From the NCBI GenBank assembly GCA_044892525.1, contig CM097885.1, positions 41,480,001 through 41,544,000 of the forward strand: 64,000 bases of DNA. Direction: 5' to 3'. How positions within the stretch are numbered: the first letter of the stretch is position 1; the number at the start of each line of letters is the position of its first letter. The DNA comes from Schmidtea polychroa (Eukaryota). A program made the translations under genes and the position numbers. This document shows positions 49,668-62,345 of the stretch, piece by piece. Below the pieces are notes generated by a model. It was not told where the DNA came from. It saw nothing but the letters and a program-made list of their open reading frames with translations, and did no database searches.

Positions 49668-52600
49668 TTGCCTATAAGTAACCCTCGTCCATCTAAAATT
49701 AAAAATTTTAATAATAATGATCAAATTATTATTCTCTCGGATTCTGAAGACGATGATGTAGTTTTAAATAATATGGTAACTCTTCCTGATTTTGAAAATG
49801 ATGTGGATATAGATTTTCTATCTGACTCTCAAAATGGAGTTGATATAATAACTCTTTCTGACTCTGATGCCGAAATAATTAATGATAGTACGATACAATA
49901 TGGTGGATCATTAGAACCGGTTGTAAATTATGATTTACGTAAATCACATGCCATAGTTAAAATGATGGTTGACAATTTAAATTTAAATTCTTTAACCGTA
50001 CCCACACCCTTAATTAATAAATTTAATAATGTTACCAGAGAAATGGGTTCTGTAAAGATTCAATTTTGTATCGAAGTGGAATTTGAAAAAGATGGAGAAT
50101 TTCAATCTTTCGTCATTTCAAATTCTGCAAGACCCATGAGTGATACATTTTTAGATGAAGGTATTGCTATTCTCAATGAGAAAATTACTTTAATTAATGA
50201 AAAGGGAAGTAATTGGATTATTAATAAAATTAAAGAAATACATTTTGTTATTACAAAATTTTCTCAAATAAGTAGATTGAGTGGGAGGGGTTCTCTTCCA
50301 ACTCCTAAATCATTATTAAATAAACATTGCGTAATAAATATTAACAATACGGATGATTTGTGTTTCATCTATAGCATTTTGGCTATTTTGAAATACGATG
50401 ACGTTGATGGCAATCATAGAAATCGAATTAGTAATTATAATTTGTCTGATCTAGTCTTTGATCCTTCTGACTTACCGATGCGTCTCTGTAATATACCTAA
50501 ATTTGAAGATAAAAATCCAGGGCTTTCGATTAATGTTCTTGCATACGATGAGGATGCTTTAGTGGATATTTTAAATAATTCTGAACTATTAAAACATCCT
50601 TATGTTGACATCATACATAGATCGAAAGTTGTAAGCGGAAGACCGATTAATTTAATTTTGTTGGAAAGCAGTGATTCTTTTCATTATATAGGAGTCACTA
50701 ATTTTGATAGACTTTTAAATTGTCGTAATTCTACTGTTACTAGTACTCGAATTCAAAGTCTGTGGTGTAATCGCTGTTTAAATGGCTTCCGTACACTTGA
50801 ATCTTTAGATAAGCATAAAGGTTTATGTGAGAAAAATCAATTAGGAACAACTTTATATACTTTACCATTAAATAAGAATTTATATTTTAATGATTGGTCT
50901 AAAACAGTTATTCCCCCTTTTGTGGTTTACGCTGACTTTGAGGCTATCTTACCTACTGATAATAGATACCTTCAAAGGCACTTGCCGATTTCAGCAGGTC
51001 TTTTGCTAATAAATAATTTCACAGGGACTAAATCATATAAAAGTTTTTTAGGGTTAGATTGTATTGTTAGTTTCCTTAAAGAGATTGAAAAAATTGGTAT
51101 GAAAACAGTTTTACCTTATTTTTATAAAAATTCGAAAAAGAAAATTATTTTTACAGATGCTGACCTTATTTCTTTTTCTTCCGCAGTTATGTGTTATCTT
51201 TGCAAGAAAACTTTAGTAAACCCGACTAAAGATCATGATCACTTTACTGGTAAATATTTGGGAGCAGCTTGTTCAACTTGTAATAATTCTCGTCAAATAA
51301 GATTTGAATTTCCAATTGTTTTCCATAACTTGCGAGGGTATGATCTTCATCATATCCTCAAATACGGATTGAGTAGCTTTAAATCTTGGAATATTTCATG
51401 CATTCCAACGACAACTGAAAAGTTCTTAACATTATCTGCGAGAATAGGTGGTTTAAATATTAAATTTATCGATTCCTGCCAATTTATTAATAGTTCGTTA
51501 AATGACGCTGTTAAAACTCTTACTAATTTACCGATAACACGATCAGAATTTAAGGGAACCATTGTTAATAATAAAGGAATTTTCCCATATAATTTTGCCA
51601 CTAGTCTTGAAGTGCTTCGGTCAACTCCCCAATTACCGCCAATTTGGGATGGTGTTACTGAAGACGAATATTCTATGGCTGAAATTAAATGGAGGGAAAC
51701 CAACTGTAATAACCTTTGTGATTATATGATGGTCTATCTAAAACTAGATGTCTTTCTTTTAGCTGACTTTTTCCAGCAGTTTCGAAATAAATCTTTAGCT
51801 CATAATCGTCTTGAACCTTTAAACTTCTTGGGCATTCCCGGTATGTCTTGGAATTCAGCTCTGATGACTTTAGACGAACCCATCGAGTTGATTCAAGACA
51901 TGGAGATGTTTAATTTCTTTGAGGGTGGTATAAGAGGGGGGTTGACATTTGTAAACAAACATTATGTTAATACAAATGAAAATACTGAACTTCTATATAT
52001 CGATATTAATAATTTGTACGGCTGGGCTCTTAGCCAAAAACTACCTAGGGGTGAATTTTCTTGGGTGACGGATGAGCCTGAATTAATTAATTTATTAAAA
52101 GACTGTGAATCTATTGATCTAGATTTACTTTCATATGGGTATACTATGGAAGTGGATCTAGATATTCCAACATCTATTCACGATAAACTTAATGATTTTC
52201 CGGTTGCAGCTGAAAAAATGTGTGCTCCAGGATCTAAAGTGGAGAAGTTGATGCTTACACATTTACCCAAGAAGAACTATGTTCTTCATTGGAAACTTCT
52301 ACAACTTTATCTTTCTCTTGGAGTAAAAGTTACTCAAATTCACAGGGCTATCAAATTTCATCAGTCTACTATATTCAAAAATTACATTGACACAAACACC
52401 CAACTTCAAGCTGTGTCAACAAATACTCTTGATAAAAACTATTTTAAGCTTCTTAACAATAGTTTATATGGAAAGACAGTCGAAAATTTGAAGAAACGAT
52501 TGAACTTGAGATTGTGTAACTCAGCTTCTAAACTGATTACTTATTCCTCTAAACCCACATTTAAAAAGACTTATAAAATAGATCATGACTTAATAGCCGT

Positions 52601-53363
52601 TCTATTAAATAAGGATTCAGTGTGTTTGGATAGACCTAGTTACATTGGTCAATCTGTACTAGATCTATCCAAATTACGTATGTATCAGTTGCAATATATT
52701 GATTTACAAAAATATCGAGATGATTTTAGCTGTGAAATCAATATTATTGCAGGTGACACTGATTCCTTCTTTTTAGAGGTTAAAGGATGCAAATTAGATG
52801 TGCTTTTACCAGCTATGGTAAGAGATAACATGCTGGATACATCGAATTATGATTCATCTCATGAATTATATTCAAGAGCTCTTGATTCCGTCATTGGTAA
52901 ATTCAAAGATGAAAATAAAGGGGGTAGATATAAGGAATGGGTGTTTTTAAGGCCTAAATGCTATAGCCTTTTGGGTGATAAAGAGAGCAACAAAGCTAAG
53001 GGAATAACATTGAAGGGTTCCGACTTAAAACATCAATCGTACCTTGATTGTTATCATAATAATTCGATGATTTCAGTACCACAATCTCGAATAGTAAGTA
53101 AAAATCATCAGTTATTTAAAATAAAAAATATAAAATTAGCCCTAACTAATAATGATGATAAGAGGTATTGGATAAATAAAAATGAAAGTGTAGCATATGG
53201 TCATTATAAAATAGTTAACACGGTTATGGGTAATAGTAACAATGCTGAAGTTAGTGATCCCGACGAAGAAAATGATCAATACGTTCAACAATATTTCCCA
53301 AATGATAATTATGGTCACCTACACTTTCCATATGAAAGGGAACATCAATATGTTCTTCAATAA
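49668..53363 (+). CDS. Protein-primed family B DNA polymerase (pPolB)
   Basis: ExoI YADFE, ExoII FHNLRGYD, ExoIII YLKLDV; polymerase motifs YIDINNLYG, KLLNNSLYGK, GDTDS and PKCY. OTU-like N-terminal region (DDLCFIYSILA) and an endonuclease VII/HNH-like insert (CYLC..DHDHFTGKYLGAACSTCN). True start uncertain. Confidence 0.97.
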   Translation: MPISNPRPSKIKNFNNNDQIIILSDSEDDDVVLNNMVTLPDFENDVDIDFLSDSQNGVDIITLSDSDAEIINDSTIQYGGSLEPVVNYDLRKSHAIVKMMVDNLNLNSLTVPTPLINKFNNVTREMGSVKIQFCIEVEFEKDGEFQSFVISNSARPMSDTFLDEGIAILNEKITLINEKGSNWIINKIKEIHFVITKFSQISRLSGRGSLPTPKSLLNKHCVININNTDDLCFIYSILAILKYDDVDGNHRNRISNYNLSDLVFDPSDLPMRLCNIPKFEDKNPGLSINVLAYDEDALVDILNNSELLKHPYVDIIHRSKVVSGRPINLILLESSDSFHYIGVTNFDRLLNCRNSTVTSTRIQSLWCNRCLNGFRTLESLDKHKGLCEKNQLGTTLYTLPLNKNLYFNDWSKTVIPPFVVYADFEAILPTDNRYLQRHLPISAGLLLINNFTGTKSYKSFLGLDCIVSFLKEIEKIGMKTVLPYFYKNSKKKIIFTDADLISFSSAVMCYLCKKTLVNPTKDHDHFTGKYLGAACSTCNNSRQIRFEFPIVFHNLRGYDLHHILKYGLSSFKSWNISCIPTTTEKFLTLSARIGGLNIKFIDSCQFINSSLNDAVKTLTNLPITRSEFKGTIVNNKGIFPYNFATSLEVLRSTPQLPPIWDGVTEDEYSMAEIKWRETNCNNLCDYMMVYLKLDVFLLADFFQQFRNKSLAHNRLEPLNFLGIPGMSWNSALMTLDEPIELIQDMEMFNFFEGGIRGGLTFVNKHYVNTNENTELLYIDINNLYGWALSQKLPRGEFSWVTDEPELINLLKDCESIDLDLLSYGYTMEVDLDIPTSIHDKLNDFPVAAEKMCAPGSKVEKLMLTHLPKKNYVLHWKLLQLYLSLGVKVTQIHRAIKFHQSTIFKNYIDTNTQLQAVSTNTLDKNYFKLLNNSLYGKTVENLKKRLNLRLCNSASKLITYSSKPTFKKTYKIDHDLIAVLLNKDSVCLDRPSYIGQSVLDLSKLRMYQLQYIDLQKYRDDFSCEINIIAGDTDSFFLEVKGCKLDVLLPAMVRDNMLDTSNYDSSHELYSRALDSVIGKFKDENKGGRYKEWVFLRPKCYSLLGDKESNKAKGITLKGSDLKHQSYLDCYHNNSMISVPQSRIVSKNHQLFKIKNIKLALTNNDDKRYWINKNESVAYGHYKIVNTVMGNSNNAEVSDPDEENDQYVQQYFPNDNYGHLHFPYEREHQYVLQ

Positions 53364-53429
53364 ATTTTGTATTGAAATAAAATTTATTTAACATAATTAT
53401 TGTTTTAGTTCTTATTTGTATCATTTACA

Positions 53430-54314
<885 letters not shown>

Positions 54315-55733
54315 GACAATCATTTTGGGAAAAAGGCTAAAATGCAGCTGGACTATCATTTTTGGACAGAGGGAGTATATGATTTTATTCATTTTCTAAA
54401 CTTCGAAAAATGTAACATACATTTTCAAAGCAAAGTTTTTAAGGATATTAACAGAAAACAAAAAATAAAACATGACTGGTCTCAAAATCAACTTTTATCA
54501 ACACTAATTTTTGCTCAACTATTTATTACAGATAGCAATATGGGACATTTTCACTTTCACATCAACAATAAAAAGACATAAAAGAAATTTTGAAAAATTC
54601 CAGTAATGATTGATTCTTTTTAGAAAAGTTTTCGTCTGGTTTTATTCCGTTTCAAATTTGTGCACTGTTGTAAGGATAAACTGGACAAAAACAACATTAT
54701 AGTGGAAAAAATAGTTTCTGATCTCAAATTGAAAGTAGTTGACACATAAAGATTAATTTTTTTGAAATGCTAAAACGACATAGGTAGTAAACACCATAGA
54801 ACCCTATTGTTTAAAACCTCTCATTTTTTCACATAATAAATATCCTCAGTGAAAATATGTAATTTGAAACTGAGGATCCTTAAAGTGGTAAATAAAGTCG
54901 ATTTATAGGTGGTGAATGTGGGGTCATATATACACAAATGTTTCAAGATTTCTGATACAAAATGTAACTATTAAATACTTTATTTTTTAATTGCGTTTTT
55001 GTATAAAAATAAAGTTTTGAAAGTTTGCGAAGAAAACCTTTAAGAAAGAGTTAAAGTTCCAAATATTCAAATAAAGAGTGATATTCGTAATTCATTTTCA
55101 TTTGTATGGTTATGAAAATTAATGAACTAAATATCCAGTAATAATTAATATAGTATCTTACAAAAGGCCGAACAGTTTAAAACTGACATTTTAAGCAATT
55201 GGACCTCAGTAGTTATGTATAAACTTATCAAATATTACTTCCAAACCATTGTGAATTTTGTGAATAAAATGTAAGTACTCACTGAAATGTTGAACATGTT
55301 AATAATTTGCCTTATCAATGTCGAAGTGTTCTCATATTGATAAATATCAAGATTTAGCTTAATTAAATTACAAAATTCTACTATTATTTGAATTAAATTT
55401 ATGAAATTATTTTTAAATATTTCAAGAGCCGTTGTCAGGGTTTGCACAATCAAATGCAACAATTGATACAGAATAATCAAAATATAAGGTATTTGGGTCG
55501 CATGTCTCATTTGCATATGGACCGAAGCTTGGGTCGAATAATCAACATCTCTATGAAATATATTAAATCGTTGAATTGAGTAAAATAGAATAAAAAATTA
55601 AAATACAAAAAAATAGAATATCGTATAAACTTAGTGCTTATGAGCAGTGGTGAGCTATAAAAAATTTACAAAGGGATCCCTACTAGTTTGATGAAAATAA
55701 AAATTGTATATTGATAAATTATTATAATTAGAA

Positions 55734-55734
<1 letters not shown>

Positions 55735-55789
<55 letters not shown>
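55735..55789. repeat. (TA)n microsatellite
   Basis: Dinucleotide run abutting the next element. Confidence 0.9.
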
Positions 55790-55791
<2 letters not shown>

Positions 55792-55792
<1 letters not shown>

Positions 55793-56942
55793 GGTTATGA
55801 CAAAAGAAAATTTCAAATGTGGTTAAAAGAGATGAGGTTTCTCATTTTGATTGTAGTTTCACTAAAAGGTTGCGCTCAAAAGTGTAAATATCGGATGCAA
55901 CGAATATTGGAAGTAAATTAAATATTGTGTTTTTTATATTAAAAGTTAGACTTCCTTTGATGAAGGATGTTATTTGAAGATTATTATTTCTTTATAAGGT
56001 AAAAAAAGTCACTCAAGGATAAGTCAAGTATGCGAGGGATTGCAGCGATTTTGAAGTAATTTTAATTTTCTGTCGGTTAGAAAGCAAGTCGTAATAGTGA
56101 AGGGTCGAAAAGCTTTTGAACAAATACATAAAAATAGAAAGGGGAAACATTCAATGTTTGATGAGGAATTGGCGACAGTATTTGACACCATGAAAGGTAA
56201 CGGCACGTGGCTTTGAAGGGAAGACCGAGAATTAAACACGAAGCAATTAAAAACAGGAGACAAGGTTGGCTACCAGATTGACAAAATTACCTCGCCTTCT
56301 TCCATCCATTTTTCCAAGCGAAGGTACCAGCAATTGAATAGTGAAGTAGTTTGTAGCAGCAACTATTTTGCAGGTGTGAATGAAATTGTCAAGCAATGAC
56401 GAAAGTGAGCAAGTGATATATGAACCATCTTCAAATTGTTCATCTGAAAGGACTTTAAAACCTAAGTATGATTCACTCTTCAACTGACGCGGCAAGTAAG
56501 TTTGTCACCAAACATAGATTGTCGACACGTCGGTCGTTTGTGCAAGTTGTTAACAATTTTATCGCCAATGAATGGCAAGTCGCTTGGTTCACGGGACAAA
56601 TGAACAACGAACTAATGACACTGTTATCCAAAGCAATTGAAAATCTCAAGTGCCCTCCAACTATGAAGCCTTTCAAGGCCCAGTGGATTTCCCAGGAGTC
56701 CAGAATCGCGTTTCCACAGACGAATATCGCAGAACGATGAGTGAAATTAATGGTGGAATTGAAAAAAACTTGCAAATATGATAAATATTTCAATCTGAAA
56801 TTTGTCGCTACTAACAATTTGTAATCTATAAATTTTTATATGCTTCTTGATTTGCTAATATTGAAATAAAACAAAAATCTATCATGAGCGCAACCTTTTT
56901 TCAACATTTAATGTCAACAAAAAATCATTTTTGTCATAACCC
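55792..56942. mobile_element. TIR DNA transposon remnant of unassigned superfamily
   Basis: TIRs GGGTTATGACAAAA/TTTTGTCATAACCC flanked by TA; inner inverted motif AAAAGGTTGCGCTCA/TGAGCGCAACCTTTT; GC-richer, coding-like but decayed interior. Confidence 0.75.
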
Positions 56943-57518
56943 TAATATATATTATAACAGTTAAGACTTATAATTTTCTAAGCCATTTAGATATTCCTAA
57001 TATGCGTTAATGACAAAGCCACTGAGTTGTTGAGAAAATTATTCATATGAAAAAATCATAAAATTTGTGATTATTGTTCAAGCATAAACCGACATCACAT
57101 TAGTCATTTTAATTAACCTTGGACATAAAATAAAGACAACTTATTCGTTTTGAAAACACTTTATAATTCAACTGTTCCAGTAAATATGTTTAATTGTATA
57201 TAAAATGTCCTAGGTCACCAGTGAAACTGAAAGGGTTAATTATGCACATTATATATTTATCCAATCTAATAAATGGACTTCCTTCTCAATTAACCAATAG
57301 ATGGTGCAAAATTCTTTGAGACTTGCTAAGAATCCAACCGCTGATATGATATATTTTATGTAAAGCATGAAACGACGAAAAGAGCTTTAATTACTATAAT
57401 AAAGATTGATATAGTTAAAATAAAACGATTCAGTACGTGATTTCATTTATTGCAGCAATTAGCATATTCAATTAATACTAATTGGTTAAAATTAATTAAA
57501 AACAGATTTGTTTTTAAG

Positions 57519-57709
57519 GTAATTAGTCTTCTTAATAATATTCCTGGACTGGAATCGTTAAATTTGTCTTCTAATCCACTCAACCAATTTCAAGATACTT
57601 TCGCCATTTTGTCGCCAGATATTGTCTATCCGAAACTCAAGGTTCTCATACTCAACGAAACAGGTGTTCCTTGGAAAATGGTTTTGTCGATTCTGCCAAG
57701 ATTGCCAAG
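57519..57709 (+). CDS. TBCEL: TBCEL coding exon 3 (LRR)
   Basis: VISLLNNIPGLESLNLSSNPL..LKVLILNETGVPW resembles TBCEL LEFLNLSSNPL. AG/GT boundaries are in phase. Confidence 0.88.
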
Positions 57710-57764
57710 GTCGGAAAATCAATCGAATTTTCTTTTTAACAACAAACTGAATTTTAATTTTCAG

Positions 57765-58134
57765 TTTGGAGATACTTCATCTTTCAAAAAATATACAACC
57801 TCTTTCCAAAGAGATCGCGATCAATAGTTCTTCTTATCCATCAGTTAAACAATTATTCTACAATTACAATTGTTGTTCGGATCTCCAAGAGATCTGCTTG
57901 ATGGGTGACCTATTTCCTTGTCTTGAGAATTTAATTTTGTTGGGCAATAATTTGGAATCGCTGCAACCAGAAAATCAAGAAGATTCGGAAATGAATTGGC
58001 TTCATTATCATTTCCCAAGATTGGTATCGTTAAATGTTTCGGAAAATAAACTCAATAAATGGGACTCAGTGGACTATGTAGAAAGTTTACGAAATGTTAC
58101 CGATTTGAGAATTTCAAGTCAGCCATTATTTGAG
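57765..58134 (+). CDS. TBCEL: TBCEL coding exon 4 (LRR)
   Basis: Follows a 55-nt intron; LFPCLENLILLGN, HFPRLVSLNVSENKLNKWDSVD. GTAAGT donor at 58135. Confidence 0.88.
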
Positions 58135-58191
58135 GTAAGTTTGAGATACAAATCTTTTCATTTCTCCATGATTCTTTTACAACTATTGAAG

Positions 58192-58343
58192 AGCTTGAAA
58201 GCTGATGAAATATGGAATCAGTTGGTAGCAAGAATGGGTAATCTTTCCAAATTGAATGGGAGCACAATTACTGATGAAAATAGAATAGACGCGCAACGTG
58301 CATTCATGAGATATTATTTAGACTCTGATGCTAAACCACCAAA
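58192..58343 (+). CDS. TBCEL: TBCEL coding exon 5 (LRR cap)
   Basis: Follows a 57-nt in-frame intron; LVARMGNLSKLNGSTITDENRIDAQRAFMRYY is a characteristic TBCE/TBCEL motif. Confidence 0.88.
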
Positions 58344-58624
58344 GTTAGCAATTACTTTTTTAAAGTTTTTAAATTTAAACAAAAGCCTAAATATATTGTT
58401 AATGAATACTACGATAAGAAATTTATTAGGACTTATATCTAAACATACTGGGCATCACCGTTATTTCCTCAGTAATTCTCACCTTTCCAACTTTGCCATA
58501 AGGAAGAACAAAATTTGAAAAGTGGCAGTAAATAATTATTTAAAAAATTGCTATTTAATTTCGAATTTGTTATCATCTTATTTATATACTAGTTAAAAAA
58601 TAACAAATACTTTTATTTAATATA

Positions 58625-60255
58625 CCGTAAATACTCGCGTATAGGCCGAGTAATTTGGGATTAATTTATTTCCAAGTTAATGGATCAGCTTATACATACG
58701 TTTGCACTGAATAAACGCATCATATAATGTAAAAATAAAATCAATACGCGTGTATTATATAAACATACAAACACTTACCTGTGTGTTGATTTTTAGTGTT
58801 GCAATGAACAAACGCATTTACACCCGTTTGCACTGAATAAACGCATCTATAATATGGGTTGGTATGTACAACCAATTATAGATGCGTCATTCTTTATGAA
58901 ATTTTTTGGAATTCAACTACTCATGTTTAACTACTCATTCAGTTATTTTATTATCTACTTATTTTACTAGCTATTTGTATTTAACCATTTTAGAAATGGC
59001 TTTCAAGTAATTTTTTTTATTTAAAGTAAACTTCAAGGCTTGAACATTGATCAATATAGATATGAGATCATTATTCAAGCTCTTAAATAATACTTTTTAT
59101 CAACATTTTTTATTATAAATTATTTTTAATTAATTTTTCAGGAGTTTTAGATGTTATTATTTGGAATTATTTCAATATGTGAGTTTTATTATTATATTAT
59201 TAAGTAATTAAGTAAGAAATACAATTTATTAATCGCCAAAAATATCAATTTTTTTACAACATTTAGGGAAAAAATGGTAGATGTGTTGAAAATTATATAT
59301 TGAAAATTTTTATATTCGTCTTTTCTCAGTTTGTCAAGTTCTGAAATTCTATAGAAATATTAATTTTTAAATTTAAGTTAATAAAATTTACGATTTTCTA
59401 GTTTTTTCCCAACATCGGACAGCAAAGTTGAGATTTCAGGGCAATGTCAAATACTAAAAAACTATTAAATTTATTAAAAATTTAAGATAAATCTTACGAA
59501 ATAATGTCATCATTATTTATAGAACTCAAAGTTGAGTTTTCGGAATTTTCGTTGAAAATTTTTTCATTCATTTTTTTCTAAAGTATTCTTAAAATGTCTA
59601 TAAATGATTTATTATAGTGCGTTTATTCATTGCAACGATTCTATATATCGAAAATTTGCATGAATTTTTTACTCTGTGTTGTGTTTGTGTGTGTCAGTTT
59701 ATTTTTTCTACCACTTTCTCACTTTCTATATTACACCCGTTTGCACTGAATAAACGGACCTATAATATAAAACAAAAAATCAATTTTGCAGTAGCTCGTG
59801 AATTTGATGTCGATGAAAAGCAAGTAAGAGAATGAAAGAAAAGGCATTGATTTGGTAGCCCAGTGGCTAAAGATTTCATGGGATACAAGTCCATCGGAAA
59901 TGATCAAATAATCATTTCAGAATTGATGTGTATTAGAAATGTTTTGGTTGGCACGGAAGATTATTTCATTTTTGATTCAGATAATGAACTTGTGGTGATG
60001 AAGAGCGATATTCAGAAGACCCAGAAATGGGTATTTACGATGATATTTTACCAATAAACTGATGATAAATTAAAAAAACTTTCTGTTTACGTTCACAGAA
60101 AACAATATGGTTCTTAGTGAATTGCATAATTTGAAATAAATTAAATGTTACCCAAAATTTCATTTTTAGTAGGTCGGCTTATACTCGTGTCATCTGTTTT
60201 GGATATTGTTCTAAACAAAATTTGGGTGTCGGCTTATAAGCCGATGATATACCGG
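58625..60255 (+). mobile_element. Deleted pogo-family element
   Basis: TA|CCGTAAATACTCGCGTATAGGCCGA ... TCGGCTTATAAGCCGATGATATACCGG|TA ends. Internal NFAVAREFDVDEKQVRE remnant and repeated TACACCCGTTTGCACTGAATAAACG. Confidence 0.7.
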
Positions 60256-62345
60256 TACACGAAATATTTATTAAAATATCAATTTCTGCTAATATTATGC
60301 AATTTTAATGATGATCTTCTTGAAAAACTACATTGTGTATGATTTGTTTTTGGTCATTCGATAATCTTCCTTGCAGTGAATTCGATTCAATATACATTTT
60401 CTCTTCACTTGCAACTCTTGATCGTGATAAAACCACATACAGTTGGCCATGTGAAAATACTGGGGTCTCTAAAGTGATGCCAACGTGATCAAATGATCAA
60501 AATTGATCTCAATAAAAAAATAAAATTTCCTTTTAAAAAAAATTTTAAATTTAAAAAATATTCCTATATATAATTTATAATAGCGTTACAGTCAGTTAAT
60601 CAATCAAAATTTTTCCTTCGGATAATCGGAGTTTATTATAGGAGAAATTTATCAAATGAAATTCATTTAATTAATTTTTATTTTACAAAAAATTTCTATA
60701 ACTAAATTTATTTTTCTTAGATATATTTAACAAAAATTTGTGAATAGAATTTACTTCTTATTGAGTTGAATAATATACAATACCAAAATAAAATTAATAA
60801 TGGAGTTACAGCCAGTCAGTGATGAACGAAAATTTATATATACAGGGGTGGACTGGAGTCAGCTCGGTCCGGCTTGCGCGAGCCGGTTGTTAAAATACTC
60901 AAAACCAAAAAATAAGCCATTTTAATAGTATGTTTATGCAAAATATGCACATCCAGCCGACGTGCCACACACTCGCAAACATATCATGTGCGTAGGTAAA
61001 ATACGAAGTGCTTGGATTTTGCTTGTGAGTGAGTCACAAGTTGTGAAGCTTCGGCACACTGCACATGGTATCGCCCGCTTTATTATTTCCTTCGTTACTT
61101 GTTGCAACTTTATTTTTTTATAATTTGTTCGTTTTCTACGGATTATATTTACTATAAAAACTTATTTTGCTTAATTGCCAAGGTAAGTAATATAAGTAAA
61201 ATTAAATTTTTAATTTATAAATTATTATTTGTAAATAATATAAATTCTAAATTCATCTAAATATTGTGTGAATATAATGGCTGTGGTATATATCTTGCGC
61301 TTTCAATAGTTGATCGACAAAGATCTTTGGAACATTTAGTGCACATGTTGACTGACCCAATATGATTAAAGATAGTACCAAAATTTAGTCACAGCAGGGA
61401 TTTCGCATATTTGTACAATTCGTTGTTTCTTGATAGATATAAATACAAGAATATCTCGTATAGTGCAGTTAATCGGTTTCACCAACTACTCGCTTTATTT
61501 GAACCTATACTAATCAAGGAACTAACTACATGCAAAAACGATAATTGGTTTCAAACAAAAAATATGTTTTTCAATAATTAAAACGATTGCGATATATCAA
61601 ATGTATGAATGCATGTGACTATTTATTAAAAATAAGTATAAAACAAAATTTATTTTAAATTGAAATGTTTAACATATTTCATTCTTAGTTGCTAAAAAAT
61701 TGCTGTAACGATGTCTGAATTATTTTGTTTTTGGGAGTTTTCTCCTCATACAGCTCTTTGTACCAACGAATTGAAATGTTTATCTTTTTACAAACGGTTT
61801 ATGGTCGATATTGGGATCAATTTCCATAATATGATTCCACTTTTTTCAACCGATTCAATAATTTCTGAAAGTTTTTCAACCGTTAAGTTTTGTACAGGCT
61901 TCTCAATATAATTGTTGTGTGAGTTGTCTTCCTGTTCTTGAATTACAATATGTTTACTGTATATATTAATTTTTAAAAATTTTAGGTTTTGCTTTCAAAA
62001 TGTAAAATTATGCAAATTTTGGAAAATTTAAAACCGTAATATAATGAAACCACACTAATCGAAACTGTACTATGCGAGTTATTCCTATACTTAACACATT
62101 GACGGACAGTAGAAACAAGTCACATTTGAAAATTGACACTATATGACGGCTATAGACGCAAGTGTCCGTCAATGTGTTAATAATTAAGGACATTGAGAAT
62201 TAAAAATGAAGCGTTGCAAATTTTATTATTATCTACGCGTTATTATTTAAACAAACTTATTAGATGATTATTTCCAGCATTTCGATTATTAAATTTCATG
62301 ATTTTAAATAAATAGTATTAATAATAAATAATAATTATAATAATA

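Noticed and set aside
43364..51703. Antisense ORFs inside Polinton genes (43364, 45158, 45695, 47795, 51350)
   Set aside because: Shadows of the well-supported + strand genes.
58135..58518. ORF 57766..58518 as one continuous exon
   Set aside because: It reads through a 57-nt in-frame intron and past the donor at 58344; those segments lack TBCEL similarity.
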